A stretch of DNA of 32,000 nucleotides from Halalkalibacterium halodurans (GCF_004376175.1 NZ_SNUY01000020.1:6541-38540), one strand, 5' to 3'; positions 10,171 through 18,753 are shown, counted from the first letter of the stretch. The notes: generated by a model from the letters alone, not told the origin. Made by a program: numbers and translations.

Positions 10171-10374
10171 TTAATATCTTGGTATGACGAAATAATGATT
10201 TTTTGGGGATAAAACCATTATATCTTCGTGAGTTCCGCTATTATCCCCCCAATGGATAAGGAGTTGTATATAGTCATTTTTATTCGTAAACATCGATTCA
10301 AAGCTGTGAATAAAATCTTCGCTCTGATGCTCTTCTGTTAAAATCGCTTCTTCATAGAATTCAGCTTTATGCAT
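10171..10374 (-). CDS. hypothetical 67-aa protein (possibly the 3' part of a disrupted gene)
   Basis: ORF only, with a weak SD (GGTGA, short spacing). It is in the same frame as ORF 10432..10677; only one TGA separates them. Confidence 0.3.
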   Translation of the reverse strand: MHKAEFYEEAILTEEHQSEDFIHSFESMFTNKNDYIQLLIHWGDNSGTHEDIMVLSPKNHYFVIPRY

Positions 10375-10403
10375 TAGTTCACCATTCCGTGTAAACTCTG
10401 CAT

Positions 10404-10619
10404 CTACAAGAGAGACCTCTCCCTCCCCTTGTCAATAGATAACACCGAGCCAGTCTCCTGGGGCATCAGGTTCTCGATTATAATCGTAAGCCGCTTCCCA
10501 TTGGTATCTTCTGTCGCTCCTCCCCATTTCAGTGATTGATTGATTGAATATGCACCCCATATGAGAAGGAGGGTTGCGATTACGAAAATTGTGTAAAGAT
10601 ATGGTTTGTGTCGAGCCAT
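10404..10619 (-). CDS. hypothetical small membrane-anchored protein
   Basis: Starting at MARHK gives one clear TM helix (YLYTIFVIATLLLIWGAY). GAGGGGA lies 11 nt upstream. It overlaps a second ORF in another frame. Confidence 0.3.
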   Translation of the reverse strand: MARHKPYLYTIFVIATLLLIWGAYSINQSLKWGGATEDTNGKRLTIIIENLMPQETGSVLSIDKGRERSLL

Positions 10620-10734
10620 TGTACTCACTATCCCCTCTGCCAAAGTAAACAGACTTAATATCGATTACATCTCTCATGATACACGTTGTTCAAAAATTAC
10701 TATCCTATCTCCTTTGCGTAGTTACAACCTCAGC

Positions 10735-10764
10735 ATAAAAACCTGCTGTGTGTTTTACAGTAGG
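10735..10764 (-). terminator. rho-independent terminator after the glucosidase gene
   Basis: Minus strand reads CCTACTGT-aaaacac-ACAGCAGG (7 of 8 pairs) followed by TTTTTA. Confidence 0.55.
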
Positions 10765-10774
10765 CTCTACTATT

Positions 10775-12460
10775 CTATTCATTCTTTCCCAAATAGACTC
10801 TTGCTTCATATGGACGTAATCGGAAGGATGTATATGATCCGTTTTCTTCTTCATCATAGTTGCTAAGCAGCAAGGTCGGTTCGCTTAACACTACCTCGGC
10901 TGGGCATTCAAAGTCGGTTATTCGCCCGTAAAAGTTACATACGACGAGAAGTGTTTGCCCATTGTACGTCCGTTTGTAGGCAAAAATCTCTGGATCGTCC
11001 TCAAGAATGAGATCGTACGAGCCATGAACGAGGATCGCATGCTCTTTTCTTAATTGAATCAGTTTTTGATAGTGATAAAAAATCGAGTTCGGGTCTTTCA
11101 ATGCTTGCTTTACGTTAATTTCCTTATAATTTGGATTGACTTCAAGCCACGGCGTTCCGTCTGTAAAACCTCCATGTTTTGTCTCATCCCACTGCATCGG
11201 CGTTCGTGCATTATCTCGCCCTTTTGCATGAATAGACGCCATAAGTGTTTCATGAGGAACCCCTTGTGCTCGTTTTTCTTTGTACATGTTCAGTGTTTCA
11301 ATATCTTGATATTGCTCAATCGAATCGAAGCGAACATTCGTCATCCCGATTTCTTCCCCTTGATAAATAAAAGGGGTTCCCTTCATACAATGGAGAAGAG
11401 TGGCAAGCATTTTTGCTGATTCTACACGGTAGGATTGATCATCACCGAACCGTGAAACGATTCGCGGTTGATCGTGGTTGTTCCAATAGAGTGAATTCCA
11501 CCCGATGTCTTGCAATCCTTTTTGCCAGCGGGAAAGACTTGCTTTCAAGTCTTTAAGCTCGAGAGGCTTAAGATCCCATTTCCCGTTTGGCCCTTGATCG
11601 AGACCAACGTGTTCAAATTGGAATACCATATTCAGCTCGTTACGCTCTTCTCCCGTATAAAGCTGGGCAAGCTCTGGTGTTACGCCTGGCATTTCACCAA
11701 CCGTCATGAGATCATAATGCTGCAGGACGTTTTCATGCATTTCCTGTAAATACGTATGGATGTTAGGTCCATTCATAAAATAGTTCGAACCAGATACGTA
11801 CGGTTGCCCCGGCTGAGGTTCTGCATCAGGTAGCCCGTCCACTTTTGATATAAAGTTGATCACATCCATGCGAAAGCCATCGATTCCTTTGTCAAGCCAC
11901 CACGTCATCATCTCATAAATCTTTTCCCGTAACTTCGGATTCTCCCAATTTAAATCAGGTTGCTTTTTTGAAAACAAATGCAAATAATATTCACCCGTTG
12001 TCTCATCGTACGTCCATGCAGACCCGCTAAAATTAGAAGCCCAATTGTTCGGTTCCTTACCATCTTTCCCTGGTCGCCAAATGTAAAAATCCCGATACGG
12101 ATTGTCTTTTGACTTTCGTGATTCTACAAACCATGCGTGCTCATCTGAACTATGGTTAACGACAAGATCCATGATCAGCTTCATTCCCCGGGTGTGAATC
12201 TCAGCTAAAAGTGTTTCCCAATCGGCCATTGTACCGAACTCATCCATGATCGCCTTATAATCACGAATGTCATAGCCATTGTCATCATTTGGAGAATCGT
12301 AAACTGGTGAGAGCCAAATGACATCCACTCCGAGCGTTTTTAAATAATCAAGTCGTGAAATGATACCAGGAATATCGCCAATTCCATCCCCATTGTAATC
12401 TTGAAAGCTTCGCGGGTAAATTTGATAAACGACACTTTCTTTCCACCATTGCGTACTCAT
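10775..12460 (-). CDS. malL: oligo-1,6-glucosidase / alpha-glucosidase (GH13)
   Basis: GH13 conserved regions DVVVNH-like LVVNHSS, GFRMDVINF, GEMPG and NNHDQPR are present. The N-terminus WWKESVVYQIYPRSF is typical of oligo-1,6-glucosidases. AGGAGG SD. Confidence 0.88.
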   Translation of the reverse strand: MSTQWWKESVVYQIYPRSFQDYNGDGIGDIPGIISRLDYLKTLGVDVIWLSPVYDSPNDDNGYDIRDYKAIMDEFGTMADWETLLAEIHTRGMKLIMDLVVNHSSDEHAWFVESRKSKDNPYRDFYIWRPGKDGKEPNNWASNFSGSAWTYDETTGEYYLHLFSKKQPDLNWENPKLREKIYEMMTWWLDKGIDGFRMDVINFISKVDGLPDAEPQPGQPYVSGSNYFMNGPNIHTYLQEMHENVLQHYDLMTVGEMPGVTPELAQLYTGEERNELNMVFQFEHVGLDQGPNGKWDLKPLELKDLKASLSRWQKGLQDIGWNSLYWNNHDQPRIVSRFGDDQSYRVESAKMLATLLHCMKGTPFIYQGEEIGMTNVRFDSIEQYQDIETLNMYKEKRAQGVPHETLMASIHAKGRDNARTPMQWDETKHGGFTDGTPWLEVNPNYKEINVKQALKDPNSIFYHYQKLIQLRKEHAILVHGSYDLILEDDPEIFAYKRTYNGQTLLVVCNFYGRITDFECPAEVVLSEPTLLLSNYDEEENGSYTSFRLRPYEARVYLGKNE

Positions 12461-12476
12461 CGTTTTACCTCCTAAC

Positions 12477-12495
12477 GAAAACGTTTACGTAAACG
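12477..12495. promoter_or_regulatory. LacI/CcpA-type operator, proximal
   Basis: GAAAACGTTTACGT has an AAACGTTT palindromic core. It overlaps a perfect 14-bp palindrome, CGTTTACGTAAACG (12482..12495). It lies immediately upstream of the malL SD. Confidence 0.6.
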
Positions 12496-12557
12496 ACCAA
12501 TTAAAATCTCCCCCATTTATCGGTCCGAGTTCTACTTTGATAGATATGTTCGAGAGA

Positions 12558-12571
12558 GAAAACGTTTACGT
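12558..12571. promoter_or_regulatory. LacI/CcpA-type operator, distal
   Basis: This is an exact second copy of the 14-mer GAAAACGTTTACGT, 81 bp from the first. Confidence 0.55.
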
Positions 12572-12640
12572 GGACATCCTATCACATCTTTTTTATCCCT
12601 TCCACCATTGTCTTTTATTTTTTACCTAAAGGTTCAACGG

Positions 12641-12672
12641 ATAAAAGAGCCTTGACTCAGATGTCAAGACTC
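12641..12672 (-). terminator. rho-independent terminator after sco
   Basis: Minus strand reads GAGTCTTGAC-atctga-GTCAAGGCTC (10 bp, one G-U pair) followed by TTTTAT. Confidence 0.65.
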
Positions 12673-12683
12673 CACAAGTATTC

Positions 12684-13289
12684 CTATTCAACAGTTGCCT
12701 TTAAATCGTTAATAATTTCGGCTTGGTCTGTCGCCATTCCATCATAACGACGAATCACTAGCCCTTGATCATCCACTAAGAAAAAGTCCGTCGTATGGAT
12801 AATATCCTCATTTTCCGGATCTTCTTGGACGATCGAAGCAAAGGCTGTTTTCGCCAATTCTGTGATCTCCTCATCGGAGTAACCAGTGACAAACGACCAA
12901 TATTCGAAGTCGGCACCGACATTTTCCCCATAAACCTTTAACAGTTCAGGAGTATCGCGATCAGGATCAACCGTAAAGGACACAACCTTTACATCTAGTC
13001 CTTCTTCGATCATTGCATCTTGAAGGTTAACCATATTAGGAGTCATAATATTGCACACACCCGGACAGTGAGTAAAAATCATGTTCACTAGCCAATAGTT
13101 CCCTTTCAGCTGTTCTGTTCCAAATGGGTCCCCTTCTTGATTCACATATTCAAAATCTGGTACGGTCAAGCCTGCTTCCGAAATATCGAAGGCTGGATCA
13201 GTTGCCTCATTGTTACTCCCCATATCATAAAGCCAGTTACAGCCGCCTAACATCAAAGCAAGGACGGCAATTGTCATCCATCTTTTCAA
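12684..13289 (-). CDS. SCO1/SenC-family copper chaperone lipoprotein
   Basis: Thioredoxin-fold CPGVC motif with a downstream His, and lipobox LMLGGC. I prefer the TTG at 13289 (MKRWMTIAV...) because GAGAGG lies 10 nt upstream, directly after the ctaG stop. The ORF-track ATG at 13328 has no SD and overlaps ctaG. Confidence 0.8.
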   Translation of the reverse strand: MKRWMTIAVLALMLGGCNWLYDMGSNNEATDPAFDISEAGLTVPDFEYVNQEGDPFGTEQLKGNYWLVNMIFTHCPGVCNIMTPNMVNLQDAMIEEGLDVKVVSFTVDPDRDTPELLKVYGENVGADFEYWSFVTGYSDEEITELAKTAFASIVQEDPENEDIIHTTDFFLVDDQGLVIRRYDGMATDQAEIINDLKATVE

Positions 13290-13305
13290 TTCGTTTCGAC
13301 CTCTC

Positions 13306-14220
13306 TTATTTGACAGTCGGAACATCACTAATGGTGAGCGCCCCGTCCTGCTGTTTTTCTTTTAATAACCATTGTTTAAATACATAGCCGATCGTAAACC
13401 CGTATGTGATCTCCTGCATAATCTTCATCAGGACGCCAGCTAATTGTTGATCCATTCTTGTTTCTAAAAAAGTAAATGAGTCTGGGCCATTAAATACTGA
13501 CAGTGGAACCGACGATCCCGGAGGCAAGCAATAGGCCATCACTTCCGCCCAAATAGCTGGATTCGTATACGTTTGATAAAGAGGTTGCGGTGCAAAAATA
13601 ATGAGCGCACACGCCGGTGTAATGAGAATCCCATTCGCAAAAATATAGCCGATCCGCCGCAAATCCGATAGCTTGGACGTACTTGGAATCGGAGCAATCA
13701 TGTGCCACCACATTAAAAAGGCACCGTACAGTAATAAAAACTGATACAAGCTATGAAGGATTGGGGATTGCATCAAACTATCAAACATAAATGGGACGTG
13801 ATACAATGAAAATAACCCATTAAATAGCAATAAAGCAACAATCGGATTCATAGCTATTTTTGCAAACTGCTCAGACCATGGACGTCTTAACTTTTCAAAA
13901 ATAGCAGAAAACACCCAAGCTGGCGTTCCTAGTAAAAAGAGGGGTACCGCAATAAAATAAGCAAACACCATTTGTGCCATATGAAACGTGATCATCAAAT
14001 GCCCAGCAACATAAAATGGGCTACCCCAACCTATATAAAGAGCAATTAGGCCTAAAACAAAGTAGATCTTTTTGCGGATAGGTACTGGTTCACTATTTGT
14101 AAATCGTTCTCGCCATTTCGTTGCAATCATAAAATAAACAAAGCCAACCATGGCTAAGATGATGATCAGTTCAGGAGTCCAAAGAGCACGAAACCCAAAG
14201 TTTGAAAAAAGCTGATCCAA
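13306..14220 (-). CDS. ctaG: cytochrome c oxidase assembly factor CtaG (Bacillus type)
   Basis: Polytopic membrane protein with the N-terminal FGFRALWTPE motif typical of caa3-type CtaG. I prefer the TTG at 14220 with AGGAGGG 6-7 nt upstream. The extra Cys-rich 17 aa in the ORF track have no SD. Confidence 0.75.
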   Translation of the reverse strand: MDQLFSNFGFRALWTPELIIILAMVGFVYFMIATKWRERFTNSEPVPIRKKIYFVLGLIALYIGWGSPFYVAGHLMITFHMAQMVFAYFIAVPLFLLGTPAWVFSAIFEKLRRPWSEQFAKIAMNPIVALLLFNGLFSLYHVPFMFDSLMQSPILHSLYQFLLLYGAFLMWWHMIAPIPSTSKLSDLRRIGYIFANGILITPACALIIFAPQPLYQTYTNPAIWAEVMAYCLPPGSSVPLSVFNGPDSFTFLETRMDQQLAGVLMKIMQEITYGFTIGYVFKQWLLKEKQQDGALTISDVPTVK

Positions 14221-14378
14221 GAAAATCCCTCCTAAATCAAAAAACACCTTGCATTCATAGCAACACATGTCCACTCTAATGATAGCACAGTTTGACGTTT
14301 GCAGAATGGCTTGAATCTGTCCATTTTGTTACCTTATTTTGAAATCCAATAAAAAACAGACATAGAAAGGAAGTAAAC

Positions 14379-15188
14379 ATGCCACAACGACATTTAATTG
14401 CCCTTGATTTAGATGGAACCTTACTAACAGACAACAAAACCATCTCCATGAAAACAAAACAAACGATCCAAAAAGCACGAGAAGCGGGTCACATTGTTGT
14501 AATTTCAACAGGCAGACCTTATCGGGCTAGTATCCAGTATTACCAAGAGCTACAGCTCGATACAGCGATTGTTAATTTTAACGGTGCCTTCGTCCACCAT
14601 CCGAAAGATTCCAGCTTCGGTACATATCACCATCCATTGGAGCTTTCAACGGCTAGGCAAGTAATTGAGACGTGCGAGGCGTTCGACGTGTCCAACATTA
14701 TGGTGGAGGTCATCGATGATTATTATTTGCGCTATTATGATGAGCTGTTTATTCAAACCTTTACGGAAGGACAGGGGCCCGTCGAGCATGGGAATTTGCT
14801 TAAAAAATTAAGGGATGATCCTACATGTGTTCTCATTCATCCGAAAGACGATCATGTGAGTGAATTACGATCCTTATTAGACGGAGCGCATGCAGAAGTG
14901 ATTGATCAGCGAACATGGGGAGCGCCATGGAATGTCATTGAAATTGTAAAAGCTGGCATGAACAAAGCGGTCGGTCTCAAGCGAATTGCTGACTATTATC
15001 AAGTACCGAAAGAGCGGATCATTGCGTTTGGCGATGAGGATAATGATTTCGAAATGCTTGAGTACGCTGGAAAAGGGGTCGCCATGGCGAATGCCATTGA
15101 TCCATTAAAAGCTCTTGCCAACGACATCACATTATCTAATGAAGACGATGGGATTGCTGTTTATCTTGAAGAGGCGCTAAATCTTTAA
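14379..15188 (+). CDS. Cof-type HAD-IIB phosphatase
   Basis: HAD motif I DLDGTLL and motif IV GDEDNDFEM are present, with a cap domain between them. AAAGGAAG SD. Confidence 0.85.
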   Translation: MPQRHLIALDLDGTLLTDNKTISMKTKQTIQKAREAGHIVVISTGRPYRASIQYYQELQLDTAIVNFNGAFVHHPKDSSFGTYHHPLELSTARQVIETCEAFDVSNIMVEVIDDYYLRYYDELFIQTFTEGQGPVEHGNLLKKLRDDPTCVLIHPKDDHVSELRSLLDGAHAEVIDQRTWGAPWNVIEIVKAGMNKAVGLKRIADYYQVPKERIIAFGDEDNDFEMLEYAGKGVAMANAIDPLKALANDITLSNEDDGIAVYLEEALNL

Positions 15189-15324
15189 TGGTGTATTGCG
15201 GGTAGCGGAATGGCGCCCAAGTTTTTTGAAAGAGACAATCACATATTTCGGTCTACTCCCTTGACCCATTTTATGTTAGGCTAGTCTTAAGAAAGAAAGT
15301 GCAGGTATTTGGGAGGATAGGAGA

Positions 15325-15780
15325 ATGGTGAACGTCTATAAACTGCCACGTAATGCGGATCGAGATACGCAAATACAACTGGCAGATCTACTTATGGGGC
15401 AATTGGAATCCATAGGGACAAAAGAGCCTTATCAACAAGCATTAAAAACCATTGAGCTAGCGCTACATCCAGATTCACAAGCACATATCTTTGTCGCAGA
15501 AAAGGATGAAGCAATGGTTGGAGCTGCTTTTCTTAATGTTGGTCTTAGCCTTGATAAGGGAGGCTACTATATTTGGCTCAATGATTTGTATGTGCATAAA
15601 GAACACCGGAACCAAGGAATTGCTAAAAAAATTCTACTCAAAATTATTTACTGGGCTGAAACGAAAGAAATCAAAGGAATTGAATTAGAAACAGGAATTA
15701 ACAACGAGGCAACAAAGGCACTTTACAATTCATTAGGCTTTTATGATATTATTTCGAAACGATACGGATTTCGCTTTTAA
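15325..15780 (+). CDS. GNAT-family N-acetyltransferase
   Basis: 151 aa. The acetyl-CoA binding motif HRNQGIAKKIL is present. GGAGGATAGGAG SD. Confidence 0.8.
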   Translation: MVNVYKLPRNADRDTQIQLADLLMGQLESIGTKEPYQQALKTIELALHPDSQAHIFVAEKDEAMVGAAFLNVGLSLDKGGYYIWLNDLYVHKEHRNQGIAKKILLKIIYWAETKEIKGIELETGINNEATKALYNSLGFYDIISKRYGFRF

Positions 15781-15787
15781 CCTTTCT

Positions 15788-15818
15788 GCACCGGCTTTTT
15801 AAGCTAGGTGCTTTTTTT
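15788..15818 (+). terminator. rho-independent terminator (first of a tandem pair)
   Basis: GCACC...GGTGC stem followed by 7 T, beginning 8 nt after the GNAT stop. Confidence 0.65.
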
Positions 15819-15826
15819 GACGAAAG

Positions 15827-15871
15827 AAACGCCCATTTCTTCCTGAAGTGGGCGTTTTACTTCTTTTTTTT
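15827..15871 (+). terminator. second hairpin / terminator
   Basis: AAACGCCCA-13 nt-TGGGCGTTT is a 9-bp perfect stem, followed by a T-rich tract (tacttctttttttt). Confidence 0.55.
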
Positions 15872-16024
15872 CGATCTCTTACATATGATAAAGCAACTTA
15901 AAACCGAAAGCGACACTCCCTGTTCGTACATGATTGTCGTTAAAAGTTGTCACCTCTCCATCATTTGTCCATCTTCCACTGCTGGGGATCCCTGATGTGA
16001 GATCAGGAAAAAGGAGTGTATCAC

Positions 16025-16633
16025 ATGCGAGATGCTTTTCAAGGTGTTGAGTTTGTTGATCTGTCTGTCAACCTTCCCAAAAAAACATTACATCATTTCA
16101 TTAAGCAAATGATGAATGAAGAGTACTCCCTCTACTGGCGCTACGATGAGGATCAAATTAAATTATTAATCGAAAAAGAACAAACCGTACACGAAATCCC
16201 TTTTATTAAAAATGCACCTTTTTTAACTCTTTCTGCTAAGTCCCTTTTTGTGACTGAGCCTATCATAGCACAAGCCATCGAACGGCTACTGCAATCGGAA
16301 AAAGGGTCAGGAGTCGTCAAACGCCATACGAAGGGCCCCCAATACATTACGTCATATCAAGAGGGGGATATTGAATCAATGATTGAGATTGATGGGAGTG
16401 AAAAAGTGATGATGAACCGAAATGGCTCGATGATTCAGTACAAAGATGATGACCAAACAATGGAACCGCAAACAATTTACAACATCGTCAGTCTCGAAAT
16501 TGATTATCTATTAATGGAATTATACGAAGCGCTCCAATCCCGCGATTCAAAAGTTATTGAAACGTGTAAACAAAAGCTCTCCCGACTCGCCAACCAACGC
16601 AAACAGCTGGAGCCGCTCGTGCGGCAACAATGA
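16025..16633 (+). CDS. hypothetical protein, 202 aa
   Basis: Long ORF with AAAGGAG 9 nt upstream of the ATG at 16025. Soluble, with a helical or coiled-coil-like C-terminus. I recognise no family. Confidence 0.65.
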   Translation: MRDAFQGVEFVDLSVNLPKKTLHHFIKQMMNEEYSLYWRYDEDQIKLLIEKEQTVHEIPFIKNAPFLTLSAKSLFVTEPIIAQAIERLLQSEKGSGVVKRHTKGPQYITSYQEGDIESMIEIDGSEKVMMNRNGSMIQYKDDDQTMEPQTIYNIVSLEIDYLLMELYEALQSRDSKVIETCKQKLSRLANQRKQLEPLVRQQ

Positions 16634-16653
16634 TTCTTCCATTACCATATGAA

Positions 16654-16700
16654 GAAGCAAGCACATTATGACAACTTTTTTCTCGCTTGCTTCTTTTTTT
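16654..16700 (+). terminator. rho-independent terminator
   Basis: GAAGCAAGC...GCTTGCTTC is a 9-bp stem followed by 7 T. Confidence 0.7.
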
Positions 16701-16747
16701 GTCAAAAATTTTGCTGCAACTAGTAGGTTATTTTTTGTTTTATGAAA

Positions 16748-17317
16748 TTAGAGCCCAGTCCATTCATAGGAGATGATGTTCGTAAACACGCACGCTTCAC
16801 TGGAACTACCATTAATGTAGTGATGCACCTGATCGGCTGGAAAATGAATACCGTCCCCTCTTTCCAGCACATACACTTCATCCCCGATTTTGACGTTTAA
16901 CGTCCCTTTCTCCACAATGACAAATTCATGCACACCTTGAGCATGGCCTTCAGACGTATGGTCCGTCCCTGCTTCCAGCTTCACCGAAAAAATTTCAAAC
17001 GGCTTGTCTTTCGAACGGGGAAAGAGAGGAAACACTTGAAAATCACAGCCATCAATGATCGGTAGTACTTGATCACGTTTAATCACTGTAACATTCGGCT
17101 TCTCATCCTCAATAAAAGCGGTGAATGAGACGTGAAGGCCTGTGGCAATCTTCCATAATGTACTTACTGTTGGATTCGATTCTCCACGTTCAATTTGACC
17201 GAGCATCGGTTTACTTACCCCTGTTTTCTTCGCTAACTGATCAAGAGTCATGCCTCGATCTGAACGAATTCTTTTCAGTCGTTGTCCAATTCGTTTGGAA
17301 AGCATCTCTTTGTTCAT
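16748..17317 (-). CDS. XRE-family transcriptional regulator with C-terminal cupin domain
   Basis: The HTH is MTLDQLAKKTGVSKPMLGQIERGESNPTVSTL. The C-terminal cupin is GVHEFVIVEKG...GDGIHFPADQVHH. The ATG at 17317 has AAGGAG upstream; the upstream 56 aa in the ORF track are unlikely to be coding. Confidence 0.85.
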   Translation of the reverse strand: MNKEMLSKRIGQRLKRIRSDRGMTLDQLAKKTGVSKPMLGQIERGESNPTVSTLWKIATGLHVSFTAFIEDEKPNVTVIKRDQVLPIIDGCDFQVFPLFPRSKDKPFEIFSVKLEAGTDHTSEGHAQGVHEFVIVEKGTLNVKIGDEVYVLERGDGIHFPADQVHHYINGSSSEACVFTNIISYEWTGL

Positions 17318-17405
17318 AAAAAACTCCTTGTCGTGATATACGTTATAGCGTACAATTATATTATAAAACAAACGGAACAGTAAATCATTAGAGAGGACAT
17401 GTTTT

Positions 17406-18119
17406 ATGGAAACTGCGTCAAACATGATAAAAGCAAGAGAGACTGATTGGCTACGTGGTGCTGCCATCGGTTCAAGCATTGCCATCGGCTATATTCCCGC
17501 GGCCTTAACCTTTGGCCTCTTAGCAAAGGGAACCGGCTTAACCTTACTTGAAACAATTGCGATGAGCTTGTTCGTTTATGCCGGTGCATCGCAATATATG
17601 GCTTTAACGCTCATCGCTATCGGGACCGGAACGATTGAAATCATTTTAACCACGTTTATCGTCAACATCCGTCATTTGCTTATGTCTGCTTCGATTCGTG
17701 CAAAGATGGAAGACACCCATCCAGTGAAACGAGCGATCACCGCTTTTGGTATAACCGACGAAGTGTTCGCCCTTGTCACCTCCCAAGATAGACGATTGAC
17801 AAATGGATTTGTTATTGGTGTTGCTGTGATTGCCTATGTAAGCTGGGTCGTTCATAGCGCCGTTGGCTACATCGTTGGATCTGCTCTTCCCGCCACATTA
17901 CAGCAAGGAATGGGAGTGGCATTATACGCTATGTTTATCGCTCTCTTAATTCCTTCTGTGAGAAAACATCGTTCTGTTCTTATTTTAGCGGGAACAGCTG
18001 CACTTTTAAACGGGTTATTTTCACTCTTTTTCCCAAGTGGATGGTCGATCATCCTAGCAACGCTCATTGCCTCTGTTGGTTATGAAATTGGAAAAGCAAA
18101 GAAAGGAGCGAGAGCATGA
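17406..18119 (+). CDS. azlC: AzlC-family branched-chain amino acid exporter subunit
   Basis: Polytopic membrane protein with SLFVYAGASQYMAL. ATGA overlap with a 102-aa AzlD-like partner. Confidence 0.8.
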   Translation: METASNMIKARETDWLRGAAIGSSIAIGYIPAALTFGLLAKGTGLTLLETIAMSLFVYAGASQYMALTLIAIGTGTIEIILTTFIVNIRHLLMSASIRAKMEDTHPVKRAITAFGITDEVFALVTSQDRRLTNGFVIGVAVIAYVSWVVHSAVGYIVGSALPATLQQGMGVALYAMFIALLIPSVRKHRSVLILAGTAALLNGLFSLFFPSGWSIILATLIASVGYEIGKAKKGARA

Positions 18120-18424
18120 GTTTAATGATGGTTTGGTTAATCCTTGGAATGGCGCTTGTGACGTACATTCCTCGTATGCTACCGCTCGTATTTTTAGATA
18201 CGGAAAAATTCCCCCAATGGATGAAGGGTGTATTACAGAATGTCCCTTACGCCGCACTCGGTGCTCTTATTTTCCCAGGGATTTTAGGGGCTCACGATCA
18301 ACTTTGGATCGCTCTTTTTGGAGGAGTGGTTGCTGTAGCCTTTGCCTATCTTGGCGCCAACTTAATCGTAGTGGTTTTGGCGAGTATCGGGTTTGTTAGC
18401 GGACTCACCTATTTCTTTTCTTAA
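18116..18424 (+). CDS. azlD: AzlD-family small membrane subunit
   Basis: 102-aa hydrophobic protein, translationally coupled to azlC. Confidence 0.75.
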   Translation: MSLMMVWLILGMALVTYIPRMLPLVFLDTEKFPQWMKGVLQNVPYAALGALIFPGILGAHDQLWIALFGGVVAVAFAYLGANLIVVVLASIGFVSGLTYFFS

Positions 18425-18753
18425 TCTGACCTCCATTCTCCTTTGTAAAAAAGAGCGTAAAGCGTTCACAAAAAGATCGTAGCGACTGAGCCGAAGCCAC
18501 GGGTGATAAAAAAATCACGGTGAGCTTGCAAACCGATGAACTGATCATGGACACTCTCGGGATGTCGCTTCGTGTTTGGCGCTTTGCGCTCCTCATCACT
18601 AGTTAGCCTTTTTTATCAATAAAAGCAGATCACATTCCCCTTCTTCACTCCCTTAGCCTCCCTTTCATTTCTACATCAGACAGGTTACAATAATAGAATG
18701 GTTCTCTGACGAATTTTAAAAAACGTGGAAGTTAATTGCTAGAGGAGGCCACT

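Noticed and set aside
10432-10434. The in-frame TGA, considered as selenocysteine or programmed read-through.
   Set aside because: No SECIS-like hairpin is evident immediately downstream. The upstream half of that frame is not protein-like and a different frame carries the TM helix. Gene decay is the simpler explanation.
15857-15931. A 24-aa hydrophobic or basic minus-strand peptide (MYEQGVSLSVLSCFIICKRSKKKK) ending at a hairpin. I considered it as a type I toxin.
   Set aside because: The hydrophobic stretch is too short for a TM helix. The nearest SD-like sequence is about 18 nt from the ATG. No antisense RNA promoter is evident.
18405-18599. A 64-aa minus-strand ORF in the azlD-SWIM spacer.
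   Set aside because: It has no SD, an Arg/Ser-rich composition, and it overlaps the azlD 3' end.
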